Positions 25,923 through 38,607 of a DNA stretch of 64,000 nucleotides are shown piece after piece. Under the pieces are notes generated by a model. It saw nothing but the letters and a program-made list of their open reading frames with translations. It ran no database searches and was not told where the DNA came from. The translations under genes and the position numbers were made by a program. How positions within the stretch are numbered: the stretch's first letter is position 1; each line of letters opens with the position of its first letter. This DNA is from Squalus acanthias (lineage: Eukaryota), in assembly GCA_030390025.1 (NCBI GenBank), contig CM059432.1, forward strand, positions 70,186,001 to 70,250,000. The letters are read 5' to 3'.

Positions 25923-26549
25923 AACATGAAAGCTAATCTAATTCCCTATTGTGTGAATAGGAAATGTCATTCTAGTGTACTAGGGAGGGTGCTTCCTGGA
26001 GTTCAGTTCATGTCAAAATCGATTTTCATTCAGGAATAGTATAGAAAGATTTTACCATTGGCAGTAACTAGAGTTCATGCTTGGTAATTTCAGCTTTACA
26101 AAATCATAAACTGTAAGCAACTAATATTCTATTTTAGATGTGGACAGTAAATTGCTACCATTGAATCGAGGAGATGTGACGGTGTACAGACCTGCAATCT
26201 AGTTTTCACCATAATCAGCCAATGCAAACCGCAATGGCGTTGGTACCAGTTACAGACTGATCTTAACTTAGCTGTGGTACTTTCAATGTATATTGTACAG
26301 TGCCTTTCTCAGTTTAGTTAGTAATAGAATTCTGTCATGGGTGGGACATTATTACAGACAGCAGTGTATGAAGTTAAAGCAAATAGCACACAAATAAAGT
26401 GGTCTGCTGATTTCACACAAACGGGCAGAAAAGTGTATACCATGGGGCAGAGGCAGCTTGATAAAGTTTGATAAATCATTGTCTGTGAGGAGAATGGACC
26501 TGGGTGTGGCAGATGACCTTTAATGTAGATAATTTGGGTCACTAATTCC

Positions 26550-27010
26550 AGGCATACGAATAGCATACAAGGTTATCATCTTAAGGCTGTGAAGCAGGAA
26601 AGGGATCTGGGGGTTGTAGTTCGTGAAGCACAGAAGGTTCATGACCAATGCTGCAAGGCTATAGAAAAAATGAATAGCGTGTAAGGAAGTAAACCTAGAA
26701 CAGTAACATAAAAAAACCAAAAATACAATCCTTACCCAGTACAAGACCTTGTTACAGCCGCATCTAGAATACTGCACTCAGGCTTGATCCCCTCACGTGC
26801 TGGGGAATATTGGGGCCCTGGAGAAGGTCCAGAGGAGGGCTACCAGAATGATACCAAGTCTTAGTTATCAGTATAGGTTCGGGAACTGGGTCTCTTCCTT
26901 CATTGGAGAAATGTGACTGAGATCTTTAAATTGAAGAAGGAAATATATTCTATTCCAGTGAATAGGTTAATTTAGCTGGATAAGGAGGGGAGCACTCGGG
27001 GGCATATTTA
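26550..27010 (+). mobile_element. Old CR1 fragment
   Basis: CAGCCGCATCTAGAATACTGC (PHLEYC) and CTGGAGAAGGTCCAGAGGAGGGCTACCAGAATGATACC (LEKVQRRATRMIP). Confidence 0.75.
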
Positions 27011-27027
27011 CTAAATACAAAATCATA

Positions 27028-27200
27028 GGGGGTACTTTTAACCTAACGCGCTGGTGGGAACCCCACGGGATTTGGTTGGAATGCAGGTTTTACACCCCGC
27101 CCAATATTACTCTCCATTGACTTTAATCGGGTGGGGTGTAAATCCAACGTTGTACCCGATTCCGTCAGTTCCTAGACGGATGGGTTAAGTTAAAATTAGA
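27028..27200. mobile_element. Palindromic MITE; second copy at ~31220-31382
   Basis: Internal inverted repeat TTTACACCCCGCCCAAT / ATCGGGTGGGGTGTAAA around a CCATTGAC core, shared with the 31220 copy, which ends AAAATTGTCCCCC. Confidence 0.65.
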
Positions 27201-27999
27201 ATTACTTAGTTTCCCACCTGCCCGTGGCAGTATGAGGCCACAGGGATTTTAACTGCCTCGCCTCATTACTATGTCACCACCTGGAAAGTGTTTTTATTCA
27301 GATAGTTGATTTTGAATTTGAGGAAAATTATCTCACGGTGGAGTCAAACTTGGTTATTATCATCACATTGTGACTGTCAGAGTGCAAGTGACAAAACAGA
27401 AATCCACTATAATATGTGGGCACTAATAAATACTGACAGCCAAATGAACTATTTTGAACTGATATTGTTCTAGAATACCATTTTGCTGTACAGAAAATCA
27501 TAACCTGATACACTTGTGCCTATTTTAATCCAACATCAACTTGTCAGCCAAAAATGTACATACAAGCAGGCTAAGCAGAGTTGCCGAGTGGATCTGTCAA
27601 GTATTTTTAAATATCAGTAGCGGCTAACTGTGCTCCTTAATGTAGTGAAATCCATCGATTCAACAGAGCAACTTCAGTTAGGTCACAGGCAGCAGAGTTT
27701 TGGATGAGTTGAAATTCATGGAGGGTGGGAGGCCGGCCAGGAGCGCGTTAGAATAGTTAAGTCTAGGGAGGAATGAGGTTTTAGAAAATATATGTTCTAG
27801 AAGATGCCTCCCCCCCCACCCCCAGGCTTGAGAAGAATATCAAATCAGAGGGGATGAAGTGGCTGATTGCCCAGAGAGGTAGCAGAAGGATACATGAGGA
27901 TTCAGTATAAAACCTTTTGGGTTCAAACTTATTTAATAGGTATATAGTTCCTGAGGATAAGCACAAAGTGATGTGGCCGGGTAATCAAGAGCAACAGCT

Positions 28000-28540
28000 T
28001 AACACTGTGATGCAAGAAGTTAGCCATGGAGAGGACAATGCAACTATCTGAGAATTAGAGGAATAGACAGCCTGACATGCAGCCATGATGGAGGAATCAG
28101 GAATGATGTGTTGCCTTCCAGTTGCCAGGGTAAGGGACATTAAAGAGTGGGTGGCAAAATGTCCAGAAAGTTTAGAAAAACAGGCTGAAGTCATAATTCA
28201 TTTGGAAGCCAGTGACATAGGAAATAGAAGGGTGGAGTTCTGGAAGTGGGGGGTGGCGGGTTGAGGTTTTAGATTAAAGAGCAAGACCTCAAAGATAGAA
28301 ATCTCAGGATTATTCCTGGTGTCATATGCTGGGCTACTGAGGGATAAACAGTCTAGACATGTGGTGAGAAAGATAGAAAGTGGCTGGAAGGGAGGGTTTC
28401 AAGTTCCTAGGACATTGGGACAAGTTCTGGGACAGGGAAGATGCTAAGATGGGATGGTCTTCATCTAAAGCAATCTGGCATCATTGTTCTTGCAGAGAGA
28501 GTAAATAGGACAGTGGGAGAGAATGTAAACTAATATGAAG
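28000..28540 (+). pseudogene. CR1 ORF1 SGNH-esterase domain remnant
   Basis: Degenerate motifs IRGID, MCCLPVARVRDI, VIIHLEASDIG, ISGLFL, GFKFLGHWDKFW and DGLHLK, matching the CR1 ORF1 esterase pattern (CCLPGARV / HIGTND / DGLHLN). Confidence 0.7.
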
Positions 28541-28994
28541 AGGGATGTGAAAATAAAACAGACAAACAGTGTAATGACACCAATAGGAGAATGATCAAAT
28601 AATAAAGGAATGTTTAGAAGGATATCTTTTTACACAGAATCATCATGAATAGACTACTGGAGTTAGAGGTAGTTACAACTATGACAACAATAACTACAGC
28701 TTGTATTTATATGCCACCTTTAACACAGAAAAATATACCAAGGCACTTTCTAGCAGGAAAAAAGGAACTTACACTGAGTCAGGGTGGGAGAGTTAGGAGA
28801 GGTGACTGAAAACTTGGACGAAGGTGGATTTTAATAGGCTTTTAAATGTGCAGAGAGGTGTAAAGAATTCCAATGGGTAGGGCTGAGAAAGCTGAAGGTT
28901 GTAACACCAGTTTTGGATGGAGAGACAAAAGGGATGCAAGAGGGAACTGAAGGACACTAGTTGGGAAGTAGGGCTGAATGAGGTTGCAGAGGTA

Positions 28995-29902
28995 AGAACA
29001 AACATAAAAGTTAGGAGCAGGAGTAGGCCATACGGCCCCTCGAGCCTGCTCCGCCATTCAATAAGATCATGGCTGATCTTCGACCTGAACTCCACTTTCC
29101 CGCCCGATCCCTATCTCTCTTGATTCCCCTAGAGTCCAAAAATCTATCTATCTCAGCCTGGAATATATTCAACAACTGAGCATCCACAACCCTTTAGGGC
29201 AGAGAATTCCAAAGATTCACAACCCTCTGAGTGAAGAAATTCCTCCTCATCTCAGTCTTAAATAGCCGACCCCTTATCCTGAGACTATGCCCCCAGTTCT
29301 AAACTCACCAGCCAGGAGAAACAACCTCTCAGCATCTACCCTGTCAATCCCCCTCAGAATCGTATATGTTTCAATGAGATCACCTCTCATTCTTCTAAAC
29401 TCCAGAGAATATAGGCCCAATATACTCAATCTCTCCTCATAGGACAATCCTCTCATCCCAGTGATTAATCTAGTGAACCTTCGTTGCACCGCCTCTAAGG
29501 CATGTATGTCCTTTCTCAGATAAGGAGACCAAAACTGTGCACAGTACTCCAGGTGTGGCCTCACCAAAGCCCTGTACAATTGTGGTAAGACTTCCTTACT
29601 CTAGTACTCCACCCCCCTTGCAATAAAGGCCAACATGCCATTTGCCTTCCTAATTGCTTGCTGTATCTGCATGCTAACTTTCTGTGTTTCCTGTACAATG
29701 ACACCTAAATCTCTCTGAACAGCAACATTTAATAGTTTCTCACCATTTAAAAAATATTCTGTTTTTCTATTCTTCCTACCAAAGTGAATAACCTCACATT
29801 TCCCCACACTATACTCCATCTGCCACCTTATTGCCCACTCACTTAACCTGGCTATATCCCTTTGCAGGCTCTTTGTGTCCTCCTCACAGCTTACTTTCCC
29901 AA
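28995..29902 (-). mobile_element. CR1 LINE 3' fragment, adjacent to an L2 3' end (~28680-28995)
   Basis: Peptides KCEVIHFGRKNR...RDLGVIV and YRALVRPHLEYCAQFWSPYLRKD; CR1 tail at ~29000-29070. Confidence 0.92.
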
Positions 29903-30219
29903 AGGTGGGAGGCAGACAGCCAATGGAAGCTGCAAAGAGAGCTGATGGACAAGCAGGACTTATGTGTGACAGGATGCAGGCAGTGCAAATTTAGACAAAT
30001 CGAAATTTGGGCATTGTGGCGCTTAGCCCACTATTATTAAAGTGCATTTAAAGAGCCCCATAGCAAGATTTGCAGCAACATTTTGAAGTTGTTCCTGAAT
30101 TGTTTCTTGCTTTTATTAGTATCTTTCCTGTTTCCACATAGTTGGTCCAATAGATTTGTGTCAAATGTTCTGACACTGCCTTTTAATGGTATGTTCAAAA
30201 TATTAGGATAATGGGTTTC

Positions 30220-30520
30220 CCAATGGGTATTCCCTTTTACTTTTTGGAGGAAGAGGAGGAGGAGCAATGGAGGAATGCCAGGCCATCAGGATGCTGCAGA
30301 GCAGACTGTAACCTCTCACCCACATTTACAGGAGGTGCACATCAACCGAACAATGAGCATGCAGAAATGGCTACACAGGGTCTGGATTAGCAAATAGGCA
30401 GATGCACAGCTGTGCCATCTGCTGCAAGGACACCTGTAGCTAACATGTCCCATAGGGCTGGCATTGACAGGGGCAATAATGGTCAGGTATACCCTCAACT
30501 CGTATTCCTCTGTCTTCTTC
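30220..30520 (+). pseudogene. Harbinger transposase N-terminal remnant
   Basis: Acidic EEEEEE stretch and CAGCTGTGCCATCTGCTGCAAGGACACCTG, nearly identical to the 17630 remnant. Confidence 0.55.
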
Positions 30521-32504
30521 CAGACATGCTGCAATGCTGTTCTCCTCACTAATACCTATGCTGCGTCACCTCCACTCTACCAAACAAGTTGTGCCACTCC
30601 ATCATTTAGCCGTAGGCACGCCACATTTATTATTCCAGCCTTTGGGTTTTGCCAGGCATCTTAGTTAGCCAAACTACTTTTGCAAAGGCACAAACAAACA
30701 ATAAAAATATTAGTAGCCTTTGTAAAGACTACCAACATTTTTGTTCCCCTACACAGCCATTTACCTTTGAGGGGCCACATTCCTTCACGTTATGTAAATG
30801 GCATTGTCCAACAAAATCAGGTGGGATCAGCATGTTGAGTGCCAAGAAGTTACTAATAATGCATTGCCCAACTACCACCCAATTGGAAATCTGATGGAAA
30901 AATATAGCCTATAAGCTCAGGCTTGGATTTAAATGTAGGTTCTGCTGTGTTACAGATACCAGTCTGAGATCAGTATCTCTACAGTGTGATGCTCAGCCTG
31001 AAATGCATATTATACTGCTGGCTGCATCATGCGGCACATCACACTTTCCTCAACAGGTGAGAACTTGGTGCATCCATATTTGCACAGAGCTCCTCTCCCA
31101 GAGAATTAACTTCTAATGTTAGGAAAGCACAGGGAGGAGTGCCTAATTTTTGCTAACTTTTAAAAGATTCCATACCGAGTTCAAGAAGTTCCAGGTGGCC
31201 CACCAGGGCTAATGGCATATCTTAAACCCGACAGGAAACTGACGATCTCGGATGGTACGCCGGTTTTATACCCCGCCCAATATGACTTCAATGGAGAGTA
31301 AAATCGGGTGGGGGTGTAAAACCAGCGTTGCACCTGATCTCATCAGTTTCCCGATGGGCGAGTTGGGTTAAAATTGTCCCCCAAGGTTTCAATTAGCAGA
31401 AATTGCACTGCACCCATTGCAAATTCCACATGAGCAGCTACTTCCAGCAGTGGTGCAGAAACCTGTGTTTTCATGTGCTCAGATGTCAGATGACAGGTCT
31501 AACCTCCAAGACACGTCGGCAGTTTTGCTTCGGTGTACACTAAAAGCCATTTTGAACTGATGCAAAAGTTTTGGTATAGTGGCAGTCATAGAATACTGCA
31601 GTACCCAAGTCTATCACTAAAGTGTACTGTAATATTTACATAACTCAGTAGGACCCTCTACTGGTGAATACTTGGTACTACAATAACAGTTGTACAACTT
31701 GTCCACTTGGACATGAATCTTTGGGCCAACACTCACTAAAAACATAGAACCACCATTCCACTGTTGTTGATCTCAAAGTACGATAGATCTTTGTAATAAA
31801 GATGGTTGCTAAAAACAATGTATTTTCTTGATACCAAAACTGTATGGTCTTATAGAATTTTCAAACATAGGAAAATGTTAAACTGTGTTTTTAATTTACA
31901 TTAATACATTGTCCCTGTTTCTTATTATTCAGTGCTCAATATGCAATAGTTTTCTGCATTATATAATGTACTCTGAAAGAGGTAATTTTTCAACTTTGTA
32001 TTCACAGATGGGAGAGTTGTGTCTGCATATTGGAAAACCAGGTGTGCTCTGTGAATGATTTTCTAATAGTTTGAATTAAAGAAAGGAAAGTTGTGCACCC
32101 TGGGCAGGGGAGGCTCCCATCAGGAGCACAAAGTCAGAAAATAAATGTAGTAATAAATTACATGATGAAACACTATTACCATTAGAAAATGGACTTTAAT
32201 GTTACATTTTATCAGATGGGCCTTAGAAATAGCTTAACAATTAAGCATTGTAAACGTTTAATATAATTACTCTTTTCACCTAATGGTTTAATGGATAAAT
32301 ACTATGATATAGACTAGGAAGGATGTAGGTTCAATCCCTGCTCTGTATTGAATTAGCTAATCTCAGCTGAGGCAAAACTGGGGCTTCAACGTCCCCGCTA
32401 GAGAAGACAAACATTCTTTGGCCCCTACTGATGTCTGACAAGGGCAGGATCAGGGAGAGCTGTGATAGCATTTAGAATTGATATGAACACAAGCCTTCTT
32501 CAGT

Positions 32505-33292
32505 AACAACAACAATTTGTATTTATATAGAACCTTCAACGTAGAAAAAACTCCCAAGGCACTTCACAGGAGTATTATAAAACAAAATTTGACACTGAGC
32601 CACATAAGGAGGTATCAGGGCAGATGAGCAAAAGCTTCATCAAAGCGTTAGGTTTTAAGGAGCGCCTTAAAGAGGCGGAGAGGCTTAGGGTGGGAATTCC
32701 AGAGCTTAGGGCCTTAGCAGCTGAAGGCACAGGCCACCAATGGTTGAGCGATTAAAATTGAGGTGCTCAAGAGGCCAGAATTAGAGGAGCACCGATATCT
32801 CGGGGGGTTGTGGGGCTGGAGGAGATTACAGAGATAGGGAGGGGCAAGGCCATGGAGGGATTTGAAAACAAGGATGGGAACTTTAAAATCGAGGTGTTCC
32901 TTAACCTGGAGCCAATGTAGGTTAGCGAGCACAGGGGTGATGGGTGAACGAGACTTGGTGCGAGTTAGGACACGGGCAGCAGAGTTTTGGATGACCTCAA
33001 GTTTACGCAGGGTAGAACATGGGAGGCCGGCCAGGAGTGCGTTGGAATAGCCAAGTCTAGAAGTAACAAAGGCATGGATGAGAGTTTCAGCAGCAGATGA
33101 ACTGAGGCAGGGGCAGAGACAGGCAATGTTACGGAGGTGGAAATAGGCGGTCTTAGTAATGCCACGGATATGTAGTCGGAAGCTCATTTTGGGATCAAAT
33201 ATGACCCCAAGGTTGTGAACAGTCTGGATCAGCCTCAGACAGTTGCCGGGAGAGGGATGGAGTTGGTGGCTAGGAAACGGAGTTTGTGACGG
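32505..33292 (-). mobile_element. L2 LINE 3' fragment
   Basis: Peptide KTAYFHLRNIA...AETLIHAFVTSRLGYSNALLAGLP...QNSAARVL...LHWL; (AAC)n tail at ~32506. Confidence 0.92.
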
Positions 33293-34483
33293 GAGGAGAG
33301 GAGTAGGGGAGAATTTATTTTCTTTGGAGTTTTAAGGGTAATTTTCCAACTATGCTGCCAGTGGGGACACTTGCCTGCCAGGTGCCAGCATCACTTATTA
33401 GAAATTCAGGCGTGCCTTTCACAGAGCAGAAAATCCTGCATAGTGCAAAGTTTTAAAATTAGCCCTATTATGTTCCCATTACTCTCATTTGCATTTATAA
33501 AAAAAAATTTAATTAGGATATTTCAGTAATATCTAATGAAACCTAATATCATCACATCGCATAAGACTTCTTTGGACTTACATGACCATACAATTCTAGA
33601 TAATATGAATGAATTGAGTTAGACATAATTTCACCTTTTCCTGTATGACTATAATCTGTATGAATAGCACAAATTAAGTGCACATTCTCCTTTATTACAA
33701 GCAACTTAAAAGTGTACATAAGCCTTGCTACTCTTTCCTGAAACCGTGCTTCCCCTGGGTGTCTAAATGTCTTCCTTATTATTCTGTTCTGCTGCTTCTC
33801 CTAGGCTAGTGTCATAAGAGGTGGCTGGCTGCTCCTTATAAAGAAAACTCACGGGACTTAGGTGACCCTCCTCTCTGAGAGGGAGCCACTGCTGGCTGCA
33901 TCTCTGGAGCCTGTGCTCGGGTAACCTAGTGCCACCCAGTGCAGTCCTGCCACATCCAGTCGTGAATGGTGGTGCCCCATTAAACAACTAACGGGAGGAG
34001 GAGGCTCCATGAATATCCCCATCCTCAATGATGGTGGAGCCCAGCACGTGAGTGCAAAAGACAAGGCTGAAGCATTTGCAACCATCTTCAGCCAGAAGTG
34101 CTGAGTGGGTGATCCATATCGGCCTCCTCCGGAGGTCCCCACCATCACAGAAGCCAGTCTTCAGCCAATTCGATTCACTCCATGTGATATCAAGAAATGG
34201 CTGAGCGCACTGGATACAGCAAAGGCTATGGGCCCTGACAACATCCCGGATATCGTGCTGAAGACTTGTGCTCCAGAACTAGCCGCGCCTCTAGCCAAAC
34301 TGTTCCAGTACAGCTACAACACTGGCATCTATCCGACAATGTGGAATACTGCCCAGGTATGTCCTGTCCACAAAAAGCAGGACAAATCCAACCCGGCCAA
34401 TTACTGCCCCATCAGTCTACTCTCAATCATCAGCAAAGTGATGGAAGGTGTTGTCGGCAGTGCTATCAAGCGGCACTTACTCA

Positions 34484-37400
34484 ATAATAACAACAACTTG
34501 TATTTATATAGCGCCTTTAACGAAGAAAAACGTCCCAAGGCGCTTCACAGGAGTGTTATAAGACAAACAATTGACACCGAGCCACATAAGAAATTAGGGC
34601 AGATGACCAAAAGCTTGGTCAAAGAGGTAGGTATTAAGGAGCGAATTAAAGGAGGAAAGAGAGGTAGAGAGGCGGAGAGGTTTAGGGAGAGAATTCCAGA
34701 GCTTAGGGCCCAGGCAGCTGAAGGCACGGCCACCGATGGTTGAGTGATTATAATCAGGGATGCTCAAGAGGGCAGAATTTGAGGAGTGCAGATATCTCAG
34801 GGAGGTTGTGGGGCTGAAGGAGATTACAGAGATAGGGAGGGGTGAGGCCATGGAGGGATTTGAAAACACGGATGACAATTTTGAAATTGAGGCGTTGCTT
34901 AACCGGGAGCCATTGTAGGTCAGCATGCACAGGGATGATGGTTGAACGGGACTTGGTGCGAATTAGGACACGGGCAGCCGAGTTTTGGATGACCTCAAGT
35001 TTACGTAGGGTAGAATGTGGGAGGCCAGCCAGGATTGTGTTGGAGTAGTCAAGTCTAGAGATAACAAAGGCATGGATGAGGGTTTCAGCAGCAGATGAAC
35101 TGAGGCAAGGGCAGAGACGGGCAATGTTACGGAGGTGGCAATAGGTGGTCTTAGTAATGCCATGGATATGTGGTTGGAAGCTCATTTCAGGGTCAAATAT
35201 GACATCAAGGTTGCGAACAGTGTGGTTCAGCCTCAGACAGATGCTAGCGAGAGGGATGGAGTCAGTGGCTAAGGAACGGAGTTTGTGGCGGGGCCCTAAG
35301 ACAATGGTTTTGGTCTTCCCAATATGTAATTGGAGAAAATTTTTGCTCATCCATTACTGGATGTTGGACAAGCAGTTTGATAATTTAGAGACCGTGGAGG
35401 GGTCGAGAGAAGTGGTGCTGTGGTATAGTTGGGTGTCGTCAGCATACATGTGGAAACTGACACCATGTTTTCAGATGATGTCACCAAGGGGCAACATATA
35501 GATGAGAAATAGGAAGGGGCCAAGGATAGATCCTTGGGGGACCCCAGAGGTAACGATGTGGGAGTGGGAAAAGAAGCCATTGCAGATGATTTTCTAGCTA
35601 CGATTAGATAGATAAAAATGGAACCAGGCGAGTGCAGTCCCACCTAGCTGAACGATGGTGGAAAGGCGTTGGAGGATGGAGTGGTCAACCATGTCAAAGG
35701 CTGCAGACAGGTCGAGAAGGACGAGGAGGGATAGTTTACCTTTGTCACAGTCACAAAGGATGTCATTTGTGACTTTGATGAGAGCCGTTTCGGTACTGTG
35801 GCAGGGGCGGAAACCGGATTGGAGGGATTCAAACATGGAGTTGCGAGAAAGATGGGCACGGATTTGGGAGGCAACAACATGTTCAAGAACTTTGGAGAGG
35901 AAAGGGAGGTTGGAGATGGGGTGGTAGTTTGTGACGACAGAGAGGTCAAGGGTTGTTTTTTTGAGGAGAGGGGTGATGATGGCAGATTTGAAGGAGAGGG
36001 GAACAGTACCTGAGGAGAGCGAACCATTAACAATGTCAGCTAATATGGGAGCCAGAAAAGGAAGTTGGGTGGTCAACAGTTTAGTGGGAATAGAGTTGAG
36101 GGAGCAGGAAGTGGGTCTCATGTACAGGATGAGCATGGAGAGATTAAGAGGGGAGGGGTGGGGAATTTTAGCTATGAGGAAAGATTGGATAGGCTGGGGT
36201 TGTTTTCTTTGGAACAGCGGAGGCTAAGGGAAGACCTAATTGAGGTGTATAAAATTATGAGGGGCCTAGATAGAGTGGATTGGAAGGACCTATTTCCCTT
36301 AGCAGAGGGGTCAATACCCAGGGGGCACAGATTTAAAGTAATTGGTGGGAGGTTTAGAGGGGATTTGAGAAGAAATGTTTTCACCCAGAGGGTGGTGGGG
36401 GTCTGGAACTCACTGCTTGAAAGGGTGGTAGAGTCAGAAACCATCATCACATTTAAAAAGTACTTGGATATGCACTTGAAGTGCCATAACCTACAAGGAT
36501 ACGGACCAAGTGCTGGAATGTGGGATTAGGCTGGATAGCTCTTTTTCGGCCGGCACGGACAAGATGGGCCGAATGGCCTCCTAATGTGCTGTAGTTTTCT
36601 ATGATTCTATGATTCTGTGATTGGAGAGAAACTGGAGAAAGATGGAATTCAGGGCTAGGGCAGGGGTGAAACTTAGAGGAAGTTTGGCATGGGGAAGGAA
36701 GGCAAGTGGCAGAGGCAGCTGATCGGATGGTCTCAATCTTAGAGACAAAGAAGTCCATGAGCTCCTCGCACTTGTTGTTGGAGGTGAAGGTGGAGGAGAC
36801 AGGGGAGAGGGGTTTAAAAAGACGGTTAGCAGTAGAAAATAGTAGCCAGGGGTTATCTTTGCATTCCAGAATGATCTTGGAATAGTGAGCAGTTTTGGCA
36901 GACAAGAGTAGGACCCGATAATGCTTTATGTGGTCCAGCCAGATCTGGCGGTGAATGACTAAATCATATCCGTTCAAGTCTGCGTCCCTTGGACTTACGG
37001 GAGTGAAGATGTGGGCCATATCAGGGTGAGAGAGAGTAATTGTTTTAATAGGGACTCGGGCATCAAAGGTGGTGGTGAGGGTGTGGTTAGGCAGATCGGT
37101 AGCTGCAGAAATGTCATGGTGAATGCAGGGCCAAAGGCTGGACAGTTGGGATTTCGTAAGTGCAATTGTAAGAGAGTTGGGAGAGAGTTTTTTCCAGGGA
37201 CGGACACAGAAGGAAGTAGGGTTGGGTGGGGGAAGGGGGATGTGGGTGGAAAGCGATACAAGGAAGTAGTCAGAGATGGCCTTATCTTTCATTGACACGG
37301 TGGGAGTAGCGAGGCCACGAGAGATGGCAAGGTCAAGGGAGTGGCCGTGAATATGGGTTGGGGAGTTCACATGGAGGGAGAGATTAAGGGAGGATAAGAG

Positions 37401-38607
37401 GGTAGTGTATTCAGAGGAGAGAGAGCATGATGAATTGAGATGGAGGTTTAAATCACCGAGGATGAGAAGTTGCTGAGGGAGGAAAGCAGTGAGGATAACT
37501 TGGTGATAACATTTTTATCGTACTTGGGTGGGCGGTAGAGAATGACAATTTTAAATGAGAGGTGAGAGGGGTGGAACAAGGTGAGATGCTCAAAGGAGGA
37601 GAAAGTGCCGGAGGAGTAGGGGGACAGACCCAGGTGTGATTTGGTGATGAGAGCCACACCACCACCACCTGAGCGGGGCAGTGGTGGAAGGTATAGCCAG
37701 GTGGGGAGGCTTCATTTAAGGGTAAGGTGTCATCACCCCTCAGCCAAGTTTCTGTCAGAGCCATGATGTTGATGCAATCATCCACGATGAGCTCATGGAT
37801 GGCAAGGGCCTTGTTCGCAAGTAAACGGACATTCTGGAGTGAGATGCGGAGAGGGTCGGTGATGGCTGATCCACTGCCAGAGTCCACAGGATCAGCGCTT
37901 GGAGGGATGAGTTGGATGGGGAGGAGATTGGCAAGATTAGCCTCCCCCCCGCAGGCACGCTGGACGGGAAGGTTGGTGAGAGAGTATGATGGGAAAGTTG
38001 GTGTTGCTACTCGTGAGGAGACAGCGATGAGTGCCACGGTGGGCCCTTCGGAGGATGCCAAGAGAGGCACAGGGGAAGCTGTAGGAATCAAGCCTGGGAC
38101 GGCGGCAGGAGAGTCGGAAGGTCAAAGAGTAATGAAGGGTTGGGGTAGGGATTTCGAAGGACAGAGTATCCAAGAGAGGAGAGATGAAGGGCGGCATGAC
38201 GACAGGAGAGGAATAGAGAGAAAAGAAAGAGAGGGGAGAAAAAGGTGTAAATAGAAGTGAACGGCTCGGGTCCAGAGTGACAGCCAAAATGCGCATGCGA
38301 ATGGACACGGAAAAACTCAAGTTACATAGGCCTGGTTATGTTGCAATTATTTCCTGGTAGTAGCAGGGAATAGGTTGGTGACAATAGTGGGGAGTCCAGA
38401 GTTAAAGTCGTTGGTCCCATGGTGGGAGAAAGTTGACATAGGTAGAATGGAGTCAGCGTGGAGCATCGACGAACTGTCGTTCAAGATTGAAGAAAGGAGT
38501 AGCAGACGAGTGAAGTCCAGAATCGGTAATGAGAATCGGTTACGGTGCAGGAAGATGATGGCGAAGTTGACGCAAAGTTGGAGGTCACCGTAGATCAGAA
38601 GCAATAA
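34484..38607 (-). mobile_element. Near full-length L2 LINE (APE endonuclease plus RT, frameshifted), containing a CR1 insertion
   Basis: APE motifs LQNVR.LANK, MALTETWL, THIHGHSLDL and SDYFLV; RT motifs FESLQSGFRPCHSTETAL, LLDLSAAFD and MYADD (frameshifted); L2 C-terminus; (AAC/AAT)n tail at 34484-34497. Confidence 0.92.
36165..36617 (+). mobile_element. CR1 3' fragment inserted in the L2
   Basis: Peptide NFSYEERLDRLGLFSLEQRRLREDLIEVYKIM...GYGPSAGMWD; tail (ATGATTCT)n. Same subfamily as 20491-22170. Confidence 0.92.
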
